In this document: piece after piece, positions 7,657 to 15,479 of the stretch
How the letters are laid out: every line of letters starts with the position of its first letter
How positions within the stretch are numbered: position 1 is the first letter of the stretch
DNA from: a bacterium
Lineage (GTDB): Bacteria > T1Sed10-126
Direction of reading: 5' to 3'
DNA length: 17,609 bases
Assembly (NCBI GenBank): GCA_003557545.1
Contig: PWOD01000039.1
Span: forward strand, 1-17,609
Made by a program: the position numbers and the translations under genes
The notes under the pieces: generated by a model
Databases searched by the model: none
What the model was told of the DNA's origin: nothing
What the model saw: only the letters and a program-made list of their open reading frames with translations

Positions 7657-9138
7657 ATGAAAAAAAAGGTTGTGGTGGTCGGCGGCGGACTGGGTGGTAT
7701 TTCTGCTGCCATCTGTCTACAGAGTAGTTCTGATTATCAGGTAGAACTTTATGAAAAAAACTCACATCTTGGCGGCAAATTAAATCTCCTCGAAACTTCT
7801 GGTTATTCCTTTGACCTCGGTCCTTCAATCTTCACTTTTCCCTATATTTTCCAAAAACTATTTGAACTTTCCGGTCGCACCATGTCCGATTATCTGGAGC
7901 TTGTTGAACCTGAACCACACTGGCGCTGCTTTTTCGAAGACGATGAACAGATAGATCTCTACGGTGATGTAGATAAAACAGTCGATTTAAACAGTGCTTT
8001 AGGAACCAGTGACAGCAGGGAATTGAAAAACTTTTTGAATTACAGCAAACAGCTGTTTGAAAACGTTGAAAAGGGTTATTTTAAGCAGGGAGCTGATAAT
8101 TTCTGGGAGATCTTGAAAAGCACCGGTCTCAGCAAAACATTGTTTGGTTTTGATCTTCTTTCCACCATGCACCAGGGTGTTAACAAACGACTCAGCAACC
8201 CAAAACTTGTCCACATCATGGATTTTTTCATCAAATACGTCGGTTCATCACCATATGATGCACCGGCTTTATTAAACATGATTCCCTACGGCCAGTTCCA
8301 ATATGGACTGTGGTATGTCAGAGGGGGTATGTACAATCTGGCGCGGGCACTTAAAAAACTACTTGATGAACTGGGAGTAATTATCCATTTAAATAGCGAA
8401 ATAACCGCCTTGAAAAGTTCCAGAGGAAATATTAAACTGGCCGAAAAAAAGTCAGGTGAAGCTATTGAAGCCGACATTATCGTTAGTAATATGGAGGTCA
8501 TTCCGACCTATCGTGAACTGACTGTTGAGTCGGCCCAAACCTTACAACAATATAAGCGGTTTGAACCGGCCTGTTCCGGGCTGGTCCTACATCTTGGAGT
8601 TAATCAAAAATATGACAATCTTGCTCATCATAATTTTTTCTTTTCCAACGATCCAGAAAAACATTTCGCTGATATTTTTCAGCGGGGCCAGTTACCTGAC
8701 GATCCAACGATCTATCTTGTTGCTCCGAGCCGAACCAATCCTGATGTCGCACCAGAGGGTTGTGACAATATAAAAATATTGCCCCATATCCCATATTTAC
8801 GAGAGGTTCCCTTCAGCTCCCGGCAATATGCCGAACTTAAACAGCGTGTTTTCGAGAAACTGGAACGAATGGGACTGAAAAATCTACGGGACAATATCGT
8901 CCTGGAGGATTGCTGGACTCCCCAGGATATCGAACAAAAATATTATTCCAATCATGGTGCGATTTATGGGGTTGTAGCAGACCGGAAGAAAAACCTCGGA
9001 TTTAAAGCAGCTAAAAAAAGTCATCATTACGACAATCTTTTTTTCGTAGGTGGATCGGTTAATCCGGGCGGGGGTATGCCCATGGTAGTCCTTTCGGGCC
9101 AACAAACTGCTGAGATTATTAGGAAACAATATGGTTGA
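7657..9138 (+). CDS. crtP: CrtI-family FAD-dependent oxidoreductase. It most resembles the 4,4'-diaponeurosporene/diapolycopene oxygenase (CrtP/CrtNb type).
   Basis: N-terminal dinucleotide fold VVVVGGGLGGISAAI...YEKNSHLGGK. Blocks DLGPSIFTFPYIFQKLFE, AHHNFFFSNDPE, LPDDPTIYLV, NIKILPHIPY, AIYGVVADRKKN and FVGGSVNPGGGMPMV match my recollection of S. aureus CrtP nearly block for block. ATG is followed by an A8 run. Confidence 0.7.
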   Translation: MKKKVVVVGGGLGGISAAICLQSSSDYQVELYEKNSHLGGKLNLLETSGYSFDLGPSIFTFPYIFQKLFELSGRTMSDYLELVEPEPHWRCFFEDDEQIDLYGDVDKTVDLNSALGTSDSRELKNFLNYSKQLFENVEKGYFKQGADNFWEILKSTGLSKTLFGFDLLSTMHQGVNKRLSNPKLVHIMDFFIKYVGSSPYDAPALLNMIPYGQFQYGLWYVRGGMYNLARALKKLLDELGVIIHLNSEITALKSSRGNIKLAEKKSGEAIEADIIVSNMEVIPTYRELTVESAQTLQQYKRFEPACSGLVLHLGVNQKYDNLAHHNFFFSNDPEKHFADIFQRGQLPDDPTIYLVAPSRTNPDVAPEGCDNIKILPHIPYLREVPFSSRQYAELKQRVFEKLERMGLKNLRDNIVLEDCWTPQDIEQKYYSNHGAIYGVVADRKKNLGFKAAKKSHHYDNLFFVGGSVNPGGGMPMVVLSGQQTAEIIRKQYG

Positions 9139-10492
9139 TCAACTGGCCCACCACCAACATGAATTTTTTCGTCAGGGTGACAGCCGGGATCTGTCCTGGA
9201 GAATTGAACAACTCAAACAACTAAAACAGCTCATACGATCGAATGAAGAGGATATAATGGCTGCGATAAACGAAGATCTTGGGAGATCTCAACTCGCAAC
9301 ATTCATGAGTGAAATATATCCGGTTCTAAAAGAATTAAAGCTGCTTATAAAAAAATTATCCGACTGGGCAAAACCGCAAAAGGTTAAAACTCCTCTGCTT
9401 TTAAAACCCGGGACCAGCCATGTTTATTTTGAACCCTTTGGTTCAGTGCTGATCTTAACCCCCTGGAACTATCCATTTCAATTGTTGATGAGCCCCGTTA
9501 TCGGAGCCTTATCGGCCGGGAACTGTGTCGTTGCCAAACCCTCAGAAATCTCAGCTAACACAGCAAATCTAATGGCCAATCTGATCAATGACAGTTTTAG
9601 TTCCGACTACCTGACTATTGTAGAAGGTGGTATTGAACAATCCCAGAAACTGCTTGCTCAGAACTTTGATCTTATATTTTTTACCGGCAGTAAAAAAGTT
9701 GGTAAAGAAGTCATGAAAAAAGCGGCCGGTAATTTGACACCGGTAATTCTTGAACTTGGCGGAAAATCTCCCTGTATTGTTGCAGAGGATGGAGATTTAA
9801 AAAAAGCGGCGGCGCGAATTACCTGGGGAAAATTTTTCAATGCCGGCCAGACATGTATAGCCCCCGATTATTTGCTGGCAGAACGATCCATCCGGGAAAA
9901 ATTAATCGGTCATATCAGATATTATATCGATCAGTTCTATGGTGAAAATCCGGTTGAAAACTCTGATTATAGTCGAATAATAAATACCAAACATTTTGAT
10001 CGATTGATCGAGCTTATAAACAATAAGCAATCAATTAACTCTGAGCGGGACAAACTTTTCATACCACCCACCGTAATTGAAAAGGTCACCTGGGAGGATC
10101 CTTTGATGCAGGAGGAGATTTTTGGTCCACTGCTTCCCGTGATAGAATACAGTGATTTTAACAGCATATTAAACAGGCTCAGTCAACTACCCAAACCCCT
10201 TGCAACCTATCTATTTTCATCAGATAAGAATAAAATAGAACGGCTTCGCGAAACTGTCGCCAGCGGTTCTTTAACGGTAAATGACCTATTAATTCAGGCG
10301 GTTTCGAACCATCTTCCCTTTGGAGGAGTCGGTGAAAGTGGCATGGGCCGTTACCGTGGCAGAAACTCCTTTGAAGCTTTTTCAAATAAAAAGGCTGTAC
10401 TGCAGCGCGGATTGTTTCCAGATTGGAAGTTCCGCTATCCGCCTTATAAAATTGCATTTAACAAAATAAGAAGATTTTTTGACTTTTTTTAA
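9131..10492 (+). CDS. aldH: Aldehyde dehydrogenase, ALDH class-3-like. Candidate 4,4'-diapocarotenoid aldehyde dehydrogenase.
   Basis: ALDH motifs VILELGGKSPCIV and catalytic Cys in FNAGQTCIAPDY. The start overlaps the crtP stop by 8 nt, which indicates translational coupling. Confidence 0.8.
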   Translation: MVDQLAHHQHEFFRQGDSRDLSWRIEQLKQLKQLIRSNEEDIMAAINEDLGRSQLATFMSEIYPVLKELKLLIKKLSDWAKPQKVKTPLLLKPGTSHVYFEPFGSVLILTPWNYPFQLLMSPVIGALSAGNCVVAKPSEISANTANLMANLINDSFSSDYLTIVEGGIEQSQKLLAQNFDLIFFTGSKKVGKEVMKKAAGNLTPVILELGGKSPCIVAEDGDLKKAAARITWGKFFNAGQTCIAPDYLLAERSIREKLIGHIRYYIDQFYGENPVENSDYSRIINTKHFDRLIELINNKQSINSERDKLFIPPTVIEKVTWEDPLMQEEIFGPLLPVIEYSDFNSILNRLSQLPKPLATYLFSSDKNKIERLRETVASGSLTVNDLLIQAVSNHLPFGGVGESGMGRYRGRNSFEAFSNKKAVLQRGLFPDWKFRYPPYKIAFNKIRRFFDFF

Positions 10493-10511
10493 CAAAGTGA
10501 GGGATACCCAA

Positions 10512-12038
10512 ATGGATCAATCAAATAGTAAGATAATTATTGTTGGAGCCGGACCGGGCGGGCTTACTGCCGGGATGATTCTTGCGCATCGTGGAGCTGA
10601 AGTTGAGATTTTCGAGAAAGAATCTCATCCTGGAGGGAGGAATAGAAGGTTAACCCTGGGAGATTTCAAATTCGACACGGGTCCGACCTTTCTAATGCTC
10701 AAATATATTCTTGATGAAATGTTTCACGAGACCGGGCGAAACTCTGAGGATTATCTTGAGTTCAAAAAATTAGATCCGCTCTATCTCCTACAGTTTCCCG
10801 ATAAACAACTTTTCCCCAGTCATGACAAACAAAAGATGAAAAAACAAATCGAAAAATCATTCCCAGGAAACCAGGCGGGATTTGATCGGTTCATCGAACA
10901 GGAGGGAAAAAGATTTCGCAAGCTAATGCCCTGTCTCCAGAAAGATTATTCATCCTGGACCGATTTTTTTGACCTGTCTTTTTTGAAATCCTTTCCCTAT
11001 CTTTCCCTGGGACGATCATTATTTTCTAATCTTGGAAAATATTTCGATGCTGAACAGTTAAAACTTGCCTTTACTTTTCAAGCCAAATATCTCGGAATGT
11101 CTCCCTGGGAATGTCCCGGTCTCTTCACGATTCTTTCCTATATGGAATATGCCTTTGGAATCTATCATGTTATGGGAGGATTATGTAAAATCTCTGAGGC
11201 CATGGCCGACATCATTGAACAGGAGGGTGGAAAGATACATTACAACTCAACGGTTGAAAAGGTCCTCACCGACAACTCTACGGCCCGGGGAATACAGCTG
11301 TCCGACGGAAAAAAGATCTATGGAGAGGAGATAATCATCAACGCTGATTTTGCCTATTCAGCCCATCATTTACTCCCGAAAAAATCGCTCCGTAAATGGT
11401 CACCTGAAAAACTGAAAAAGAAACGTTTTTCCTGTGGAACCTTTATGCTTTACATGGGGCTGGACAGACAGTTTGAAGGGTTACAACATCATAATATAAT
11501 CTTTGCTGATGATTATAAGAAAAACGTGGAACTGGTGTTTGAACAGCACCAGATGACTGATGATTTTTCCTTTTATCTGCAAAACGCCTCAGCAATCGAT
11601 CCCACGCTGGCTCCCGCCGGTAAATCTACAGCCTATGTGCTTGTTCCTGTGCCTAATAATTTAAGTGAGATTGACTGGTCCAGTCAAAAACAACAGTTTC
11701 GCGATAAAGTTATTAAACAGATAGAGGCTAAAACCCCAATTACCAACCTTGAACAACATATCGAAGTTGAAAAAATCTTAACTCCCGACGACTGGGAAAC
11801 TAGCTATAACGTTCATCTTGGTGCAGTCTTCAACATGGGCCATAATATTTCACAGATGCTATACTGGAGACCGCACAATAGATTTGAAGAACTCAACAAT
11901 CTCTATCTTGTCGGTGGTGGGACACACCCAGGAAGCGGTTTGCCAACAATCTATGAATCAGGAAGAATATCAGCAAACCTGATATCTGAAAAACATTCTT
12001 TACCATATCAAAAACCGATTTTTGATCCCATTAAATAG
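10512..12038 (+). CDS. crtN: CrtI-family FAD-dependent desaturase, 4,4'-diapophytoene desaturase (CrtN)-like
   Basis: Start ATG 10512 with GTGAGGGA SD 7 nt upstream. The track's TTG at 10479 lies inside aldH. Motifs IIIVGAGPGGLTAG...FEKESHPGGR, FDTGPTFLMLKYILDEMF and YLVGGGTHPGSGLP match the CrtN pattern (S. aureus YFAGASTHPGAGVP). Confidence 0.7.
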   Translation: MDQSNSKIIIVGAGPGGLTAGMILAHRGAEVEIFEKESHPGGRNRRLTLGDFKFDTGPTFLMLKYILDEMFHETGRNSEDYLEFKKLDPLYLLQFPDKQLFPSHDKQKMKKQIEKSFPGNQAGFDRFIEQEGKRFRKLMPCLQKDYSSWTDFFDLSFLKSFPYLSLGRSLFSNLGKYFDAEQLKLAFTFQAKYLGMSPWECPGLFTILSYMEYAFGIYHVMGGLCKISEAMADIIEQEGGKIHYNSTVEKVLTDNSTARGIQLSDGKKIYGEEIIINADFAYSAHHLLPKKSLRKWSPEKLKKKRFSCGTFMLYMGLDRQFEGLQHHNIIFADDYKKNVELVFEQHQMTDDFSFYLQNASAIDPTLAPAGKSTAYVLVPVPNNLSEIDWSSQKQQFRDKVIKQIEAKTPITNLEQHIEVEKILTPDDWETSYNVHLGAVFNMGHNISQMLYWRPHNRFEELNNLYLVGGGTHPGSGLPTIYESGRISANLISEKHSLPYQKPIFDPIK

Positions 12039-12049
12039 AGTTAATCGGT

Positions 12050-12063
12050 TGTCCCCTGGGACA
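12050..12063. terminator. Short palindrome TGTCCC-CT-GGGACA between the convergent crtN and sufB/D-like gene ends. Possible weak bidirectional terminator or protein-binding site.
   Basis: The two 6-bp arms are perfect reverse complements. No flanking U-run on either strand. A second short GC palindrome GCCCGGGGC lies at 12074..12082. Confidence 0.25.
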
Positions 12064-12136
12064 CAAATTGAACGCCCGGGGCATCGCCATACAGCATTCC
12101 AACCGGCTTCCAAAAAATGGTAAAGAGTTCAACCGG

Positions 12137-13066
12137 CTAACTTAACATGCCTTCAATAATCAGATCGACCGCTGCCTCTTCACTTAATCCCCGAGACATT
12201 AAAGTCTCCAGCTGTTTCGAGTCGACGCTGCCAATAGCCGCCTCATGAGTTACATGAGCTCGGGGATGATTAACCTCAACGATTGGAACCGCCCGGGCAA
12301 CAGCCTCATCCTGAACTATTTCTTTACAGTCTACATGACCTCGTGAAAAGGCTGCATTAGCGATCAGCTCATTATTAACCACAGCACTGGCCCGATCCTG
12401 AACAGCAATATGGGATGTTAAAACCCCCCGGGACTCCTCCCCGAGCAGATGTCCAGCTTCAGTAATAATTATCTCATCGTCGTTTCGTCCGCTAATTCTG
12501 GCCAGCATTTCAAAAACACCATACGCGTGACAGTCAATATTATAGTCGATGTCAATTCGGCCCACCGCCCCCCGGATAAGTTCAAATTCCGTGGCAAATC
12601 TTCCCCCCTGTTTAATTTCAACATTGGCCCGTGGAACAACATTAACCCCACCGGACTGACCATGAATATGACGTTCAAAATAAGAATATCGGGCATTTTC
12701 ACCAACTGTTATCTGTGCATCCATCTCATGCAGTACATCCCTTGCGTTAGGAAAGGTACAATAGGCTTGAAAATCAGCTTCAGCCCCTTTTTCGATCGAA
12801 ATATCAAGCTCAATTTTCTGCTGACCCTGTCTGTTCAGCAGGCCAAAACAGAGAATTACAGGTCCCTTTAAAACTGTTCCCTCTTTGAGAACAAAATCAG
12901 CCTCAACCGAACGTGTTTTTTCCCGGACATCAACTTCCAATCCCTCCACGAGATTGGCTCCAACCACCTTATTTCCATGCACTTCAATATGTGCTTCATC
13001 TTCAGAAGTGGGCCTGCAGACCCCTCCGAGTGATTTATAGAGATTATCAACTATATCTGTAGTCAT
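12137..13066 (-). CDS. Short-form SufB/SufD-family Fe-S cluster assembly protein (309 aa)
   Basis: C-terminal SufBD-fold sequence is recognizable. ATG at 13066 has AAGGAGG 4 nt upstream. The gene overlaps the sufC stop (ATGA). Confidence 0.75.
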   Translation of the reverse strand: MTTDIVDNLYKSLGGVCRPTSEDEAHIEVHGNKVVGANLVEGLEVDVREKTRSVEADFVLKEGTVLKGPVILCFGLLNRQGQQKIELDISIEKGAEADFQAYCTFPNARDVLHEMDAQITVGENARYSYFERHIHGQSGGVNVVPRANVEIKQGGRFATEFELIRGAVGRIDIDYNIDCHAYGVFEMLARISGRNDDEIIITEAGHLLGEESRGVLTSHIAVQDRASAVVNNELIANAAFSRGHVDCKEIVQDEAVARAVPIVEVNHPRAHVTHEAAIGSVDSKQLETLMSRGLSEEAAVDLIIEGMLS

Positions 13067-13797
13067 TTTTCCTCCTTTATTTCATGGGCATCATGGTCCC
13101 GACAGGGCATACATTTTTCCCTAAAAAACCGTCCTATCTTCTCCGGAGTACCTTTATCTATAATCTTTCCGTCACAAAGTAAAAAGGCATGGTCGGCATG
13201 GTTCAACACCGTCATGCTGTGAGTTATCAAAATAACCGTTATACCCTGATCTTTCATATATTGAATCGCATCGAAGATCTTCTCCAGGGCTCCGACGTCA
13301 ATCCCTGAATCTGGCTCATCCAGTAGTACCAGTCGCGGTTGCATTAACAAAATACTCGCCAGTTCGATCCGCTTGCGCTCGCCACCACTTAAAGTATCAT
13401 CCACCGCCCTGTCGATATATTCTTCTGGCTCCAGTCCAACCTTTTCAAGGACAGCTGCTATCTTTTTACGTGAAGAATTATTATTCCCACAACCGATAAA
13501 CTTATGTACTTTTAAACCCTCAAATCTGGCCGGTTCCTGCCAGGCCATCGTAATCCCCCGCTCGGCTCGCTTATCAGCAGTTAAATCAGTGATATCTTCG
13601 CCGTCAAATAAAATCTGCCCTTCAATCTTTCTGTACCTTTTTAATCCCATTATCGTACCGGCCAGAGATGATTTTCCGGCGCCGTTAGGACCGATTACCG
13701 CATGTACGTATCCAGACCAAAACTCGGCTGTCAAACCATTCAATATCTTTGACCCTTCGATTTCTAAGTTGATTCCCCGAGTCTCCAGAACTGCCAT
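13063..13797 (-). CDS. sufC: Fe-S cluster assembly ATPase SufC (ABC ATPase)
   Basis: Walker A GPNGAGKS, ABC signature LSGGERKR and Walker B LVLLDEPDSG. Likely start is M6 (ATG 13797), which has a GGAG 9 nt upstream and aligns with SufC N-termini. The C-terminus carries an extra tail CMPCRDHDAHEIKEEK. Confidence 0.85.
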   Translation of the reverse strand: MAVLETRGINLEIEGSKILNGLTAEFWSGYVHAVIGPNGAGKSSLAGTIMGLKRYRKIEGQILFDGEDITDLTADKRAERGITMAWQEPARFEGLKVHKFIGCGNNNSSRKKIAAVLEKVGLEPEEYIDRAVDDTLSGGERKRIELASILLMQPRLVLLDEPDSGIDVGALEKIFDAIQYMKDQGITVILITHSMTVLNHADHAFLLCDGKIIDKGTPEKIGRFFREKCMPCRDHDAHEIKEEK

Positions 13798-14069
13798 AAA
13801 ATTCAACTCCATTTTTCACTGAATTTATCAAAATACTGGCTGAGGCTGCTTTTTAAAGGCAAAACAAGCCGGACCAGTTGTTCTTTTAACAATAACTAAT
13901 GAGAGTAAAGTTTATGTGAAAAATAACTTATGTGCAACCAAAAACCATTTGATAGCATCTGCTAATAGCTGTTGAATTTTAATTTTTGGCCGGCGTACCA
14001 AACCTCTCCGGCGAAAACAAACAATCTGCTCCTCAATGTTGAAATTTTTCAAGAAAAAAATTTTATAGC

Positions 14070-14099
14070 TTGTTAGATAACTATTAGTTAATGTAGAAT
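14070..14099 (+). promoter_or_regulatory. Candidate sigma-70 promoter (TTGTTA-18-TAGAAT) for the small membrane-protein gene
   Basis: -35-like TTGTTA at 14070..14075 and -10 TAGAAT at 14094..14099 with an 18-nt spacer. This sits about 80 nt upstream of ATG 14179. The region is AT-rich, so a chance match is plausible. Confidence 0.3.
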
Positions 14100-14178
14100 A
14101 GGATTCTAAAAATAACCTGTCTAAATTGTCTGGTTCTATGTAATTTTCAATCATCTTATTTTCTAAGGAGTGTTTGTT

Positions 14179-14481
14179 ATGAGTGGTTTGGTTTCATCTC
14201 TGTTTGATTTTAGTTTCACTGATTTTATCACCAGCCGGTTGATTAAAATTCTTTATGTGATTTTACTGATTGGTATTGGGATTGTTTCTCTCCTGATGTT
14301 TATCGGTGGTTTGTCCCAGGGTGGAGCGGTAGGCTATTTTATGGCTTTTATCCTGATGCCCATCTACCTGGTGATAGCTGTGTTATACGCGAGGATTATG
14401 TGTGAGCTGTTAATCATCTTCTTCCGGATTTCTGAAACATTAACAGAAATCAACGGCAAGATTTCTATCAATCAGCAATAG
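14179..14481 (+). CDS. Small two-TM membrane protein, likely DUF4282 family (100 aa)
   Basis: AAGGAG at 14165..14170 sits 8 nt before ATG 14179. The track's GTG at 14170 overlaps that SD. N-terminal LFDFSFTDFITSRLIKILYVIL matches my recollection of the DUF4282 signature. Two hydrophobic helices are present. A hairpin terminator follows. Confidence 0.6.
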   Translation: MSGLVSSLFDFSFTDFITSRLIKILYVILLIGIGIVSLLMFIGGLSQGGAVGYFMAFILMPIYLVIAVLYARIMCELLIIFFRISETLTEINGKISINQQ

Positions 14482-14529
14482 ATTTTTCTGGTACATCGGT
14501 TACTTGACCGGAATAAATCAGTAAACAGG

Positions 14530-14577
14530 CTCCAGATAACTGCCAGTTCGGTTATCTGGAGCTTTCCGGTTATTTTG
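14530..14577. terminator. Bidirectional intrinsic terminator between the convergent membrane-protein gene and the SPFH gene
   Basis: Perfect 11-bp stem CTCCAGATAAC / GTTATCTGGAG with a 10-nt loop (14530..14561). It is followed by CTTTCCGGTTATTTTG on the plus strand. Only a weak A/T run follows on the minus side. Confidence 0.5.
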
Positions 14578-14582
14578 TAAAC

Positions 14583-15440
14583 TTAATCAACTTCCATTTT
14601 AGCCGTTTGCTGGTCGGTAATTGACAGCAAAGTTTGATAGGAGTTAGGTAGAAAAACCCTGTCTGCCGGATTTTTGGTGATTGTATCGAAACCCTGGATA
14701 AATTTCTGGGCGATCAAGATTTCAGCTGCCTTCTCCGAACCCACCTGTTGGGCCAGTTCATCCAGATAGTTCTTCTCCGCTTCGGCAATTATTTTTAAAG
14801 CCTTGGCGTGACCTGAAGCCCGCTTAATATCAGCCTGTTTATCGGCTTCAGCGACTGTAACCGTAGCTTCAGCGTCACCTTCAGCTTCAGCAACACGGGC
14901 CCGGCGGCGGCGCTCGGCATCCATCTGTTGGTTCATTGAACGCCGGGTCTCCCGGTCAATATCAAGCTGACGTATCTCAACCCGTTTTATCTTAACCCCC
15001 CAGGACTCCCCTACTTCAAACAGTTCTTCAGCAATATTTTTATTTAGCCTGTCACGTTCAGAAAGCACCTCATCAAGTTCCATCCGGCCAATCTGGGAAC
15101 GTAAAGCATTCAGCGTGATATCAAATATTGCTGTAGGTAGTCGGTCGACTTCAAAAGCGGCTCTGGCGGGTTCGAAAATTCTCCAGTAAACGCTGGCATC
15201 AGCGCGAACTGTTACGTTGTCCCGGGTCTGTGTGGTACGGGGCTCAGTATCGGTCTGATGTTCCATAAGTTTCATATCAATATTATTATCTTTGACAGCT
15301 TTTTCCCAGTAATGCATTTCATGAAATTTTTCAATAAATGGAATCCTAAACCGAATTCCCGAATACTGAACACGGGCGAATTTATTAAATCTTTTTATGA
15401 TTCTGCAGTGCTGTTCCGGGATTGTATAGATGAATGACAT
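14583..15440 (-). CDS. SPFH/band-7 (stomatin/prohibitin-like) protein with no N-terminal membrane anchor (285 aa)
   Basis: Start ATG 15440 with AAGGAG 9 nt upstream and an in-frame stop 8 codons upstream, so no hidden TM extension. The SPFH core (VTVRADASVYWRIFEPARAAFEV) is followed by an Ala/Glu-rich coiled coil (RRRRARVAEAEGDAEATVTVAEADKQADIKRASGHAKALKIIAEAEK). It lies 39 bp downstream of add. Confidence 0.8.
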   Translation of the reverse strand: MSFIYTIPEQHCRIIKRFNKFARVQYSGIRFRIPFIEKFHEMHYWEKAVKDNNIDMKLMEHQTDTEPRTTQTRDNVTVRADASVYWRIFEPARAAFEVDRLPTAIFDITLNALRSQIGRMELDEVLSERDRLNKNIAEELFEVGESWGVKIKRVEIRQLDIDRETRRSMNQQMDAERRRRARVAEAEGDAEATVTVAEADKQADIKRASGHAKALKIIAEAEKNYLDELAQQVGSEKAAEILIAQKFIQGFDTITKNPADRVFLPNSYQTLLSITDQQTAKMEVD

Positions 15441-15479
15441 CACACTCAGCTCCTTAAGATTAAATTAATCAACAGCTGC

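Noticed and set aside
7999-10457. Series of 60-92-aa minus-strand ORFs inside crtP and aldH
   Set aside because: All are antisense to genes with clear family motifs. None has an SD or a coherent domain-like sequence.
12449-13822. 140-aa and 149-aa plus-strand ORFs antisense to the SufB/D-like gene and sufC
   Set aside because: They are shadow ORFs of the suf genes. The 149-aa ORF is Ser/Pro-rich low-complexity sequence.
14071-14095. Fur-box-like AT-rich 19-mer (TAGATAACTATTAGTTAAT) upstream of the small membrane-protein gene
   Set aside because: Only the first GATAA matches the GATAATGATAATCATTATC consensus. The remainder is consistent with chance in AT-rich DNA.
13912-14154. 80-aa minus-strand ORF in the AT-rich sufC upstream region
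   Set aside because: No SD precedes the ATG. Its composition is AT-driven and Leu/Phe/Lys/Asn-rich, and it overlaps the likely promoters of both flanking genes. A small regulatory protein cannot be excluded, but there is no positive evidence.
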